Positions 1-11,419 of a stretch of DNA of 64,000 nt are shown one piece after another. The notes under the pieces are model-generated. The model worked only from the letters and a program-made list of their open reading frames with translations. It searched no databases and was not told the origin of the DNA. The translations under genes were made by a program, and so were the position numbers. The stretch's first letter is position 1. The number at the start of each line of letters is the position of its first letter. Source of the DNA: Ginglymostoma cirratum (taxonomy: Eukaryota); the NCBI GenBank assembly GCA_024137785.1, contig JAHRHZ010000012.1:27760138-27824137 (forward strand). Direction: 5' to 3'.

Positions 1-128
1 GCACCTCAGCCTTCACACGCCTTCTCTGCAATAACAACAAAGACAGGATTCCCCTCGCCCTCACTTATCACCCCACTAACCTCTGGATTCAACACATCAT
101 TCTCCGCCTCCTGCTATCTGACCCCACG
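1..128 (+). mobile_element. Penelope-like element ORF fragment (region between RT and GIY-YIG endonuclease)
   Basis: Frame 3 reads TSAFTRLLCNNNKDRIPLALTYHPTNLWIQHIILR, matching the 'RIPLVLTYHP' motif of vertebrate Penelope proteins. Runs off the window start. Confidence 0.75.
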
Positions 129-1712
129 ATCATTTTGTACACCTCTATCAAGTCACCTCTCATCCTTCCTCATTCTCAAGAGAAAAGCCCTCGCTCTCCC
201 AACCTTTCCTCGTAAGACCTTCCTTCCTTTCCAGGTAACATCCCTGTAAATCTCCTCTGCACTTTTTCCAATGCTTCCACATCTTTCCTGTAATGAGGTG
301 GCCAGAACTAGACACAATACTCCAGATGTGGTTGAACCAGGCTTTTGTATAGCTGGAGCATAACTTCACGGCTCCTGAACTCAATCCCTCCATTAATGAA
401 AGCTAACACACCACAGGCCTTCTTAACAACTCTATCCACCTGGGTGGCAGCTTTCAGGGAACTGTGGACATGAACCCCAAGATCCCCTTGCTCCTCCACA
501 CTGCCAAGAATCTTTCCATTAACCCTGTATTCTGCTTTCAAGTTTGTCCTTCCAAAATGAATCACCTCACACTTTTCAGGGCTAAACTCCATTTGCCACT
601 TCTCAGCCCAGCTCTGCATCCTATCAATATCCCTTTGTAACCTAGAACAGCCGTCCGCACTATCTACAACTCGACCCACCTTCATCTCGTCCACAAGCCT
701 ACGAATCCACCCTTCCACTCCTACATCCAAATCATTTTAAAAAATCACAAATAGAAGAGGACCCAGAACACATCCTTGTGGTACACCACTCATAACTGAG
801 CACCATATCGAATATTTTCTATACACTACCACCCTTTGTCTTCTAAGGGTCAGCCAATCTGCCACATTTCCTATCCCATACCTCCTTACTTTCTGCATGA
901 GCTTACCATGGGGAACCTTATCAAACACTTTTCTTAAATCCATGTATACCACATCCACTGCTCTACCTTCATCCACGTGTTTGGTCACCTCTTCAAAAGA
1001 ATTCAATAAGGTTTGTGAGGCATGATCTACCCCTCACAAATCCATGCTGACTATCACGAATCAAACTGTACCTCTCCAAGTGATCATAAATCCTATCTCT
1101 CAGAGCCCTTTCCAATAATTTGCCCACCACTGAAGTAAGACTAACCGGCCTGTAATTTCTGGGGTTATCCCTATTCCCTTTTTTAAACAAGGGAATGACG
1201 TTTGCCTCTCTCCAATCTTCTGGCACTATACCCGCGGACAGCGAGGACGAAAAGATCATCGCCAAAGTCCCTGCGATCTCTTCCCTCGCTTCGCATAGAA
1301 TCCTTGGAAAAATCCCATCAGGCCAGGGGGACTTGTGTATCTTCAAGTTCCTCAAAATTCCTCGTACATCTTCCTTACTAACATCCACCTTCTCTAGCCT
1401 ACCAGCCTGTTTCACACTATCCTCCCCTACAACTAGGTCCCTCTCAGTTGTGAATACTAAAGAAAAGCATTCATTAAAGACCTCTCCTATCTCTATAGGC
1501 TCCGTACACAAATTCCCTTTACAATCCTTGATCAGCCTTACCCTTTTTCTGGTCATTCTCTTATTCCTCACGTACTTGTAAAAAGCCTTGGGGTTTTCCT
1601 TGATCCTACCTACCAAGGTTTTCTCGTACCCCCTTATAGCTCTAAGCCCTTTCTTCAGCTCCTTCCTGGCTAACTCGTATCCCTCCAGAGCCTTTTCCAA
1701 TCTTTGAAGAAG
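129..1712 (-). mobile_element. CR1 (HER1-like) LINE ORF2 fragment, frameshifted, 3' end missing
   Basis: Consecutive minus ORFs 993..1772, 737..1006, 308..730 and 160..393 give KENPKAFYKY, VPEDWREANVIPLFKKG..NYRPVSLTSVVGKLLE, QHGFVRGRSCLTNLIEFF, SGVPQGCVLGPLLF, WAEKWQMEF and LYKSLVQPHLEYCV. Confidence 0.95.
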
Positions 1713-1810
1713 GATCAGCGCAACAAATCTTTGCATCCATCTACACCCCGGAGAGCTGAGTGGATGATGCATCTCAACCTTCTCCTAATGTTCTTCGCAT
1801 CCTTCCAAGT

Positions 1811-2660
1811 GATAAAGATCAAAGAACAATACAGCACAGGAACAGGCCCTTCAGCCCTGCACTGAAATATTTTGCCCTTCCATACTAAAACTGTCTTCAC
1901 GTAGAGGATCCATATCCCTCTATTCCCTTCCTATTCCTGTTTTCGCCCAGGTGCTTCTTGAATGCAGCTATTGTGTCTGCTTCCACCACCGCCTGTGGCA
2001 GCACATTCCAGGCACTCACCACCCTGCGTGTGGAAAACTTGCCTCGCACATCTCTTTTTGAACCTCCCCCCTCTCACCTTGAACCTGTGTCTCCTAGTAA
2101 TTGACCCCAGAGCCCTGCATACTTTCCACTCCATCCACAATCTTATAAATTTCTATTAGGTCTCCTCTCAACCTCCTGGGTTCCAGCGGAAACAAACCCA
2201 ATCTATCTAACCTTTCTTCATAGCTAAAATCCCCCATACCAGGGAGCATCCTGGTAAACCTTTTCTATACCTTCTACAAAGCATCCACATCCCTCTGGTA
2301 GTGTGGTGACCAGAACTGTACACCATATTCCAAGTGTGGCCTAACTAATGTTCTATAATGCTTCAGCATAACTTGCCTGTCCTTATACTCAATGCCCCTT
2401 CCAATGAAGACAACCTTGCCGTCGACCTTTTATTTTTTAACTACCATATCTACCTGCGCCGCCACCTTCAGTGATCTGTGGACCTGCACACCCCGATCCC
2501 TCTGCATATCAATACCCCATAAAGGTTCTGCCATGCACTGTATAATTTCCACCTGTACTTGATCTTCCAAAATGCATCACCTCACATTTGTCCGGATTAA
2601 ATTCCATTTGCCATGTTTCTGCCCGTGCTTCCAACTGACCTATATCCTCACTATCCGCAA
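1811..2660 (-). mobile_element. CR1 LINE 3' portion with 3'UTR (second copy)
   Basis: WQMEFNPDKCEVMHFGRS (ORF 2509..2718), TRRHRFKVRGGRFK (ORF 1931..2140), and a CR1 tail 'aaagaacaatacagcacaggaacaggcccttcagccc' at 1821-1857. Confidence 0.9.
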
Positions 2661-2689
2661 CCGATTTTAGGAAATCGCTAAAGGAAAGA

Positions 2690-3560
2690 AGTGGGGATGT
2701 TCGCTGATGATAACACAATGTTCAGCACCATTTGCCACTCCTCAGATACTGAAGGTGCCCATGTACAAATACAACAAGGCTTGGTTAATATCCAGCCTTG
2801 GTCTGACAAGTGGCAAGTAACATTCATGCCACACAAGTGCCAGGGAATGACCATCTCCAACTAGGGATACTCTAACAATCAGCTTTTGACATTTGATAAC
2901 ATGACCATTGATGAACTCACCTCGACCACCAACCTAATGTTACCACTGACCTGAAACTAAACTGGACCAGCCATAGACATACTGCAGCTACAACAGCTCA
3001 GGGCTAGGAGTCCTGAAGTGAGTAACTTGCCTCCTGTCCCCCAAAGCCTCCTTCCATCTACAAAGCCTGTCAAGAGTGCAAAAGAATGTTCTCCAATTGC
3101 ATTGATGGAAACAACTTCAGCAAAGAACTCAACACTATCCAGACAAATTAACCTGCTTTATCTGCATGCCATCAATTTCCTTCAACGTTCGCTTCTTTCA
3201 TCACCAACACACAATAGCAGTACCGTGAATCATCTACAAGTTGCACTGCAGTAACTCACTAAGGCTCTTTAGACAGCACCTTCCAAATGCATGATCTCTA
3301 ACACCAAAGAATGACAAGGGCAGCAGATGCATGGAAACACCACCAGCTGCAAGTTCCCTCCAAGCTATCCACCATCCTGAGTTGGAGCTATAATTGCATT
3401 CCTTCACTGCCACTGGGTCAAAACCACGCAACACCCACCGTAACTATACTGTTAGCACGGAGGGACACAAAGGGCTGCATTGGTTCAAGAAGGCAGGGTA
3501 ATCAGAGATGGGCAGTAACCGCTGGCACAGCCATTAAAGCCCACGTGACTGAGTGAGTGA
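2690..3560 (+). mobile_element. Family-B (CR1-group, Zenon-like) LINE 3' half, degenerate
   Basis: 'atgttcgctgatgataacacaatgttcagcaccatt' (MFADDNTMFSTI) and 'gacaagtggcaagtaacattc'. Collinear with 21230-22320. Confidence 0.85.
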
Positions 3561-4004
3561 CTGAGCGACTATAAAGCCACCCACAAACAGCAATGTGATA
3601 ACAACCAGATAATTTGTGATGAAGGGTCATTTTGTCCACTATTGACACCAAGTTCAGAACCACAACCACTTCAAATTCTGTCATCGAACTGCAGTGAGTG
3701 GACATGGCTCTATGGACATGGTTCCAAGTGCACACACACAGGTTGAGCTCAAAACTATCATCACTGCATTGATGGAGGCCTATTAGAGAATGGGTCCTAG
3801 GCAAAGCATCTGGAAAACAGAAGTCCTCTATCAGCCTACTTATAGGAACAGGAGTAGGCCATTCAGCCTATCAAGCCTGTTCCAATACTTCTATTACTGT
3901 GACCTCTCAACACTGTGCCCCCCTAACCCAAAATCAGGATCCACGATGAACCACTGAGCCATGTGGATCAATTCTCCCACCTTTGCAGTCTCAGTGAAAG
4001 CAGT

Positions 4005-4350
4005 CAGAGTGTCATGGAGATAAACAGCACAGAAAAAGACCCTTCCGTCCACGCCAAACATATATCCTAAATTAATCTAGCCCTATTTGCATACATTTGG
4101 CACATGTCCTTCTAAACCTTTCCTATTCATTTACCCATCCAGATGCCTTTTAAATGTTGTAATGGTACCCACCTCAACCAGTTCATTCCATACACGCAGC
4201 ACTCTCTGCATGAAAAAGGTGCCCCTTAGGTCCCCTTTAAATCTTTGTCCCCTCATCTTAAACCTATGTCCTCTAGTTTTGGGCTCCTCTACCCTGGAGA
4301 AAAGATCTTGACTATTCACCCTATCCGTGCCCCTCATGATTTTATTCATT
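4005..4350 (-). mobile_element. CR1 LINE 3' end
   Basis: ORF 4131..4349 KIMRGTDRVNSQDLFSRVEEPKTRGHRFKMRGQRFKGDLRGTFFMQRVLRVWNEL, the classic CR1 C-terminus. Confidence 0.9.
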
Positions 4351-5010
4351 GCTGATGAAATTCAATATCACCTCCACTGCGCCAGCCCGGTTTTTGGTCA
4401 TTTGAGCAATAACAAAGAGGACAAAACCTAGCACCAAGCTCACGCTCTGTAGGGCGGCACTATCACTTACCCTTACTGTTCACATCAGAGACATTAACAG
4501 TATAACTCCTAGAGAAGTATTACCAGGGATACCCCTGCAAGACCCGACAAATTGAACAGTAGAATGAGCATTGCAGTAATTGGTGCACCCTCTCAGGCTA
4601 AAGTCCCAGCACCGAGGCACTGATTATTGTTGATTAGCTACTTTGATTAGGCTACTTTGTCCATGTGCCTTGAAAGATCTCTGAAACAAGCTCTTTAGGA
4701 GAAGAGGAACTGCTCCAAGGCCTCCCTGAAAAACGTGACATTCCTACCAGCTCAAGGGAATCTCTTGAGAAGTTTCCATCAAGATGCCAACCGCATCAAA
4801 CATGACCAACAGTCCAGGTGGAAGCCAAGCATAAAAAACAAACAAATAAACAATCATTGGAATGTACAAAAAGCCAAATGTTTTAACCCACCTCCCCATC
4901 TTCAGACAGCACCTGCCCCACCTGTGGTATGCTGCAAAGATTCAGCGTTGAAGTATTTGGTCACCTCAGGACCCACAACCTCAGTAGGGAAAAAAAAAAA
5001 TCATCCTTGA
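4351..5010 (+). mobile_element. RTE-clade LINE 3' fragment, highly degenerate
   Basis: Broken reading DEIQYHLHCASPVFGHL...KPSTKLTLCRAAL...SET...LEKYYQ, resembling the RTE C-terminal motifs DEIQHRLQCASAAFGRL / TKLMVYRA / LEKYHQRCLRKIL. Confidence 0.7.
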
Positions 5011-5436
5011 TCCCAAAAGATTACCCAAGAACACGATGAAATAGTAACTACGCTTTACACGTTTTGGCTTATGTTCAATCATTTCAATGTTATGTCTTTC
5101 ATTTGATAAATGTCTCGTGTATTAAAGGTTACCATCTTCAATAAACAGCAATTAACACCATTTTCATCAAACATTTCATGGAGACAAGGGAATTCCAAAT
5201 ACTTAAAAGGTCTCATGTAACAAGATAACAAAATCAGTTGCAACATATCTATTCATATTCTAGCCTTTACACCACATAGCTCTATTCTTTACAAATACGT
5301 GTTTTCAGTTTAGGCCATTGGACTTTTGCCAGTGCCACCCAGCAACCCAAAATACAAATTCAACTAGAGCAGTGTAAAATTTCCCAATGTTTCTTCACGT
5401 CTCTTCTTGTGGGAAGTACTTATGCGCTTGAAACTG

Positions 5437-5449
5437 TGACCTGTGACCT
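5437..5449 (-). promoter_or_regulatory. Perfect DR1 nuclear-receptor element (AGGTCA-C-AGGTCA)
   Basis: + strand TGACCTGTGACCT in non-repetitive sequence. Motif match only. Confidence 0.4.
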
Positions 5450-5540
5450 CTCTTGTATTACACTGGGCTTTCCAGTGCAGTGACGACAGAGACACACAGA
5501 TGATACAAATGCAATTACTTTAAGTCTTTACTTAGTACCA

Positions 5541-5560
5541 GACAGACAGACAGACAGACA
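5541..5560. repeat. (GACA)5 microsatellite
   Basis: gacagacagacagacagaca. Confidence 0.9.
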
Positions 5561-7524
5561 TTGTTGCTGAAATACCTTAACACGTGGAAATGGAGAATAA
5601 AGGTCACTATTTCTTTGGTGACCTGTTTAGGAGGCTGAACTCCCAATTCTGAAAATTAGTTTGTGGAAAAACAAGCAGCAAGTCACGTGGAATTTTTCAA
5701 ATACGTATTTGATTTCTTAAAAAAAAAAGTTACTTAATTTTATTTGGTTTTGCCCTATCCATTTGTTGGTAACATTTTTTTTTGTAGTTTAAACTGAGAA
5801 ATAGGTCTGAAGCCTTTGAAGTATGATAGGTCAGATAGTTGGGAATGATAACTAATGGAAAACAACCGACCAGCAGAAATACATTGTGTAACAGAACAAT
5901 CATGGACATCAAGGAAGTATAACATCTAGCAACTGCTACAAGTCTGCAACACAATTGCTCCTGTTCACACCATTTCACTGCTCCATAAGCTTAATTGGCT
6001 AACAAATTTAAGTCACGAACAAGAGCAATGTCAATTTAATAATTTTCCAAAATCAAGGAAGAATACCTAAAACAACGTAATAAAGGGAATTATTTGGCAA
6101 CAATTGGTGACTAGAAATTTTATCTTTTTATGTGGACTAGCGATAAAACTCTGATACATTTGGAAGACAATATCACACAAGTGGTCATAAAACTGTAGCT
6201 AAAAAGACCCTAAGATAACAATTGCAGCTAATTCCAATGTTTTTTAAACATTACACACACTTGCCAAAACTACATATTGAACATTGCTTTTGCCACTCAA
6301 AGTTGTCTTTAATGGGCTCGAGAACATCCAAAAGTAGGATCTAAAGTTGTTCACCCTCACAATGTCATTTTTAGTCAGCCCCAACTCATCAATCCATTGT
6401 GAAAATAAAAACTTGGACTGCTTATCCTTAGAAGTAAGTAACAGAGGTGACTTTGGACAGTAATGCAGTAAACTATATAGGAAGGCAAGCCCGGATAAGT
6501 GGTTCAAACTAAACCATAAAGTTAACACAGGTGAATACAAAGTTTAACCTGTGTAAATGGCATTTATAAAGCTGTTTGCTCATTAACCAAATAGAACTGA
6601 GGAGTTCAGGTTCTAGGAGGTAAAAACCCTGGATATGTTTGAATAGTTGACTGCTTTAATGGGATGCCTTTTTGACTGGGTAAGACAAGCTGATGAATCC
6701 TTCATCTATATCCATCTTGTCAAATGAAGCCACAAAAAACTGCCTTTAAAAAAAACATTGCACAGCTATTTCACTTCCCCTGAAATAAAATGAGATAAAC
6801 TGCCTCTTGAAAATTAAGTCATGCAGCTATGTTTAAAAGATTAGTCAGGCATTAAGCCAGTGCCATACTTTACTGGAAAAACCAAAAAGCGAGGCCAATG
6901 TCATTTTCTGTTATTTAAGCACAAACTGAACAGCAACTTCAGGTAAAAGCAGATGTGCAACTGAATGCAAACAATCCAGAAGTTGCTGTCTAAGATGATA
7001 TCATCTCACCACATTTTTACCCATTTATGCACGACATATGGGTTTGTGGTTCCTGTACTGCCAATATGTACTCAACCATAATTCACTAAAGGAAGCTATA
7101 CCTCATCCATTCCAGTCTAAGTGCCATGGGATAAGATTCCCAAACAATCACCCTCCCGTGAAATCAAATTTTTAATTATGGAATCTCATTTCTTCAGATT
7201 TTGATTATTGTTGGAGATTTTGTTTGTAAACAATTACTTTTGGCACGTTTTCCTTTGAACTATTCACTCTTAATCCAACCTTTCATTCTTTCTCTTTATT
7301 TCACTTTCTGCATGTGATTTGTCATTTAGTTTATTATTCTAATTACACTTCCTCATCAGTCTTTGTGCCATTCATTAACCACACTCTAAGCTGAATGGTT
7401 AATGATAAATCCATTTACTTGGCCTGTTCATAGAAGTAGTCATAAATGCCGAGCTGTTTGGATTCCTCTTTGACAGCAACTTCTTGTTCAAATGGATTTT
7501 AGAATAGAACATCCTTTATTGTCA

Positions 7525-7965
7525 CAGGAAGTGACTGCAGAGAGATAGTGGAGGTATTGATCAGAATATTTCAGTTCTCAAATCAATTCCAGGAGGTCTC
7601 CGACAGATTGGAAAGCTATTAGTGTGAAGCCCCAGCTCAAGAAGTGGGGGAGCCAGAAAGTAGGAAACTATAGGCCTGCTCGCCTAATATCCGTCATCGG
7701 GAAAATGCTGGAATCCATTATTAAGGAAGAAGCAGCAGGACATTGAGAAAAGGTCAACACAATCAAACAGCGTCAACACGGCTTTGTGAAAGGGAAATAG
7801 TGTTTAACAAATTTCCTGGAGCTTTTTGAGGATATAACAAGCAGACTTGATAAAGGGGAACTAGCGAATGCAGCACATTTGGATTTCCAGAAGACATTTG
7901 ATAACGTGTCATACAAGGGGTTATTGTACAAGTTAGAAGCTAATGGTACCGGGGGTAATATTTAA
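7525..7965 (+). mobile_element. CR1 RT internal fragment
   Basis: Reads GNYRPARLISVIGKMLESIIK..QHGFVKGK*CLTNFLELFEDIT..LDFQKTFDNV. Confidence 0.85.
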
Positions 7966-8310
7966 AAAGAAATCTGGAATTAAAAGTCTAATTATGACCA
8001 CGAAACCACTGTCACTGGTATAAAAACTCATCAAGTTCACACATGACATTGGCTTGTCTGCATACATGCGACTCCAGACCCACAGCTATACAGTTGACTC
8101 TTACCTTCCCTTTGAAGTTTCAAAATGAGAGAAGTCAAACTAGTGAAACCACCTGGCGTTAAGTTAAGCTCTGGAAAGCAACAATGGTAAATGCAGTCAT
8201 GTTGACCTTGCAAAGCCCTCTTTATCAACATTGTGGGGTAATGCCAATATTGGGAGAGCTGCCTCACAGACTCGTTAAGCCTGATGCTGTCTGTATGGTA
8301 CAATTTTGAG
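7966..8310 (+). mobile_element. Family-B LINE 5' region fragment
   Basis: 'aaatctggaattaaaagtcta..gactccagacccacagc..gggagagctgcctcacagac', homologous to 19430-19800. Confidence 0.75.
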
Positions 8311-8351
8311 TGTGGAACTACTTCCCAGACATTTCAGGGAGCCAGAAGAGC

Positions 8352-8655
8352 CCAGTGGTATTATCATTAGACTACCCAGAGAACCCAGTAATGATCTGGG
8401 GACCTTGGTTCAAATCCTGCCATGGCAGATGATTGAATTTGGATTCAATTAAAAAGCTGAATCAAGAATCTAATGATGACCAGGAAACTGATGTCAATCA
8501 TTGGAAGAGAACTGCCTTTCTTACCTGGTCGGGCTTGCAATTGATTCCATACCCAAGCGATGTGGTTAACTCCAAACTGCCTTCTGGGCAATGAGGGATG
8601 GTCAATAAATGCTGGCCAAGCCAGTGACCCCCTACATCCCATGAATGAAATTAAG
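8352..8655 (+). mobile_element. SINE-like element: tRNA-like head + family-B 5' region + family-B 3' tail
   Basis: B-box GGTTCAAATCC at 8407-8417. Body matches 19385-19590. Tail 'gggatggtcaataaatgctggccaagccagtgacc..catcccatgaatgaa' matches the LINE end at about 22250-22315. Confidence 0.85.
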
Positions 8656-8860
8656 AAGCCACCATTCCACCAGGAGAACAAACTCAGCAGAGGTGGTGGC
8701 ATTGTGGCAAAGAGTCAGGAGTTACTTGGGGAGGTATCAAGTCAAACACAGGCAAGGAAACCTCCTGATTGACTCCGTACAACACTTTTACCCCCCACCC
8801 CCATCAGCTGATAAATCAGTACTCATCCACCGAGTCTGGTCAGTATTATGTTAGGAATGC
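8656..8860 (+). mobile_element. Family-B endonuclease-region fragment
   Basis: 'cagcagaggtggtggca' (cf. 19886-19902) and 'caagtcaaacacaggcaaggaaacctcctgattg' (QVKHRQGNLLI). Confidence 0.7.
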
Positions 8861-9721
8861 AATTCAACGGCCAAAAATATCAGAGCTTAAGACACTTTAT
8901 AGAGAAAACAATCACCTTTTTAAACAATTCTTCCAAGTCAAGTAAGTTTTATTTAGCTACTTCATTGATTATATATAGACACAGGCCATTCAGCCCATAG
9001 TGCTTGGTCAGATTATTGGAACATGAATCCAATGCACCACAGTATGAAGGATAAATGTTCAAACTCCAATTACAAATTTTACAAACGTAGACATACTGCT
9101 GCACAGGGTGAGAGAAACACATTGAGACCATGTTACCAGCTTCTGCTACTCAGGACAGCACTGAGGTCTCGCATATAAGGGAATCCCCTACTCTTTTGCT
9201 AAAAATCTGGGGAGGATCTCTATTTTTACACGAAAACATACAGTGTACTTCAGATTTCTAGCATGTGTAGTATTTTTGCCCTTCATTTAACTTATACTCA
9301 AAATCTCCGGCCTTAACGGAAGATCTATTGTGCTTAATACCAAAACAAAAGGTTCCTGTCTGGTAATGAGAATACAGAACTGTAATCCATCTTCTTTGCA
9401 AGGTGGATTACCTACTCGTCTGCCAGGGATTAGAAACTGCCATGTTTCAAATTGACAGCAACTTTCATTCCAAAATACCTGATGTTAAGCTCAGTCTCTG
9501 GATAATGTATACTTCAGGATCATTGGGTACTGATCACCTGATCACATCCAACACTATCCTTAGAAATCAGATGTATCTTGAGGGGAGAAGATTTGGGTGG
9601 GCACACAGGTGATTTATGATGAAACCAAAACAGAATTTTGAAGAGACATTGAAGTTTGAACAAGAGGCCAAGCAAATAACATCCTTTCTCAATTTTGTTT
9701 TTTAAAACAAACACCTAAGCA

Positions 9722-9937
9722 GAAAATGTGTGCATGTGGAGTTTGCACACTCTGGAGTCTGTGTTGGTTTCCTCCAGGAGCTCTGATTTCCTCCCACAGT
9801 CCAAGGATGTGTAGGTTGGGTGGATTGGCCATGGGAAATGCCGGGTTACACGGATAGGGTGGGGGGGTGGGTCTGGGTGGAATGCTCTTTGGAGGGTCAA
9901 AGGCCTGCTTCCACACTGTTGGGATTCTATGATTCTA
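9722..9937 (+). mobile_element. HE1-type V-SINE, 5'-truncated
   Basis: V-domain 'gtggagtttgcacac..tttcctcccacagtccaaggatgtgtaggttgggtggattggccatgg' and CR1/HER1-derived tail 'ttccacactgttgggattctatgattcta'. Confidence 0.9.
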
Positions 9938-10637
9938 AGTAAACAGGGAATACTCAGGCAAGTTAAAATGTTGTGTTCACAAACACGAGAGGCTAGAGCT
10001 GAAATGTTAACTGACTTGAGGGTCAAGGTCTGCATGAGCCCAGAGGATACTTTATTTGCATATTTAATAATTCAGAAAAAACATCTTCGGATTGCCAAGG
10101 GTTTTACTTTTGTGTTTTCCATAGCTACCAGTATCAACTTATTTAAGGTTCACCCTTTCCTCTGCCTTCCTAGCCCACTCTAAGGCCGTTATTGTAGATT
10201 GTAGGCATTAAGTTTGTTTTCAATAAGCTGTGACCATGTTTTAAACATTTTGGGAATTATTCTCAATCCTTTCTCCAGTGCATCTAAAGAGGGAAATTCT
10301 TCTCAATTCTGGAAAACAAAACTACAGAACATTCTCCAATAACAGTTAATAGTTACAGATTGTCTGGTTTCTCACCAACTTGAATTATGCATTTTTCATA
10401 AAACATCATGAATTGCCAAGTACAACATTAATTTTAATTACATCACTGCAGGACCAGAGTAGTGAGCAACAAGAGAGCATTACAATTTGGAACACAACTC
10501 TAGCAGTTGTAACCCTTATAAATTCTAAAAGAAAGCAGAGCTGTTCCCAGTAAATTTGGTTTCTTTAATGATCGTGAAACTCATGATCCAGCTGTCATAA
10601 CAAATCATTATCAGATCAGTCAGACAGAAGCTTCACA

Positions 10638-10730
10638 TAGGCTCAGTGGATAAACGCACTGCCTACTGCGGCACCAGATTCCACAGACAAGGATGGTCCC
10701 AAGTTCAGTGTTGGTATGTGCTGAGTCAGA
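10638..10730 (+). mobile_element. Degenerate tRNA-derived SINE head
   Basis: A-box-like 'ggctcagtgg' followed by 'gtcccaagttcagt..tgtgctgagt'. No cloverleaf. Confidence 0.4.
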
Positions 10731-10954
10731 AGGACATTACATCTGGTCCCAGTGTTTCTAGACAAGAGTGAAAATCTGCACTGTGAGGATGACGTGTATC
10801 CAGTAAGTGACCCGAGCTAGCTGTATGTGCATGAAGGTGTTGAGCACCGACGCTCCCAGTTAGCCCTAATGCCAACCAAAGCAAACTGAAATCACTTTTT
10901 GATCAGCATGCTCTGTGAAGATATTCTGCCAAGGTCTATTAGCATTGAATTTCA

Positions 10955-11055
10955 GAGTCAAAACAGTATGGAGTTGGAGCAACACAGCAGGTCAGGCACC
11001 ATCAGAGGAACAGAAGAGTCGACGTTTCAGATCGGGATCTTTCATCAGGACCGAT
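10955..11055 (-). mobile_element. Short Penelope-derived (pLTR) insert
   Basis: 'acacagcaggtcaggcaccatcagaggaacagaagagtcgacgtttc' is homologous to 63906-63954 and ends in a hammerhead motif. Confidence 0.8.
11017..11052 (-). ncRNA. Minimal type-I hammerhead ribozyme motif (PLE-associated)
   Basis: Minus strand reads GGUC-CUGAUGA-A-AGAUCCCGAUCU-GAAAC-GUC-GACU. Both core boxes are intact, stem II is AGAU/AUCU, stem I is GGUC/GACU, and a palindromic ACGU replaces stem III. Confidence 0.75.
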
Positions 11056-11419
11056 CTCCAACTGCTATCTCCAATTGAATTTTAATACCCACGCCTCTTG
11101 TTCCCAAATACATCAGGAGGGCAGAAAGGAGAGAAATTAAGATTCTTTAACTGGGGAGTGGAGTGAGGGAATGGGAGGATGTTGTGAAATATAATCTCCC
11201 ATTTCAATACAGTGTGTGTCAAATATTCAGTACTGCTAACATTCAACCTTCAAAATGTTATTCTAACAACAAATTTTTCAAAATTTGCTATTAGAATATT
11301 TGGACGTAGGAACAGCTATAGCACCCTCAAACCTACACAGTCAGTCAATAAGATCAATGCTGATCTTGTACCTCAGCTGCATTTTCTCACACTAGGCCCA
11401 TTTCTACAATTATAAATTA

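Noticed and set aside
993-1772. 259-aa ORF, the longest in the track, as a host gene
   Set aside because: It is a CR1 ORF2 fragment that continues through frameshifts into neighbouring ORFs. Its N-terminus is non-element read-through.
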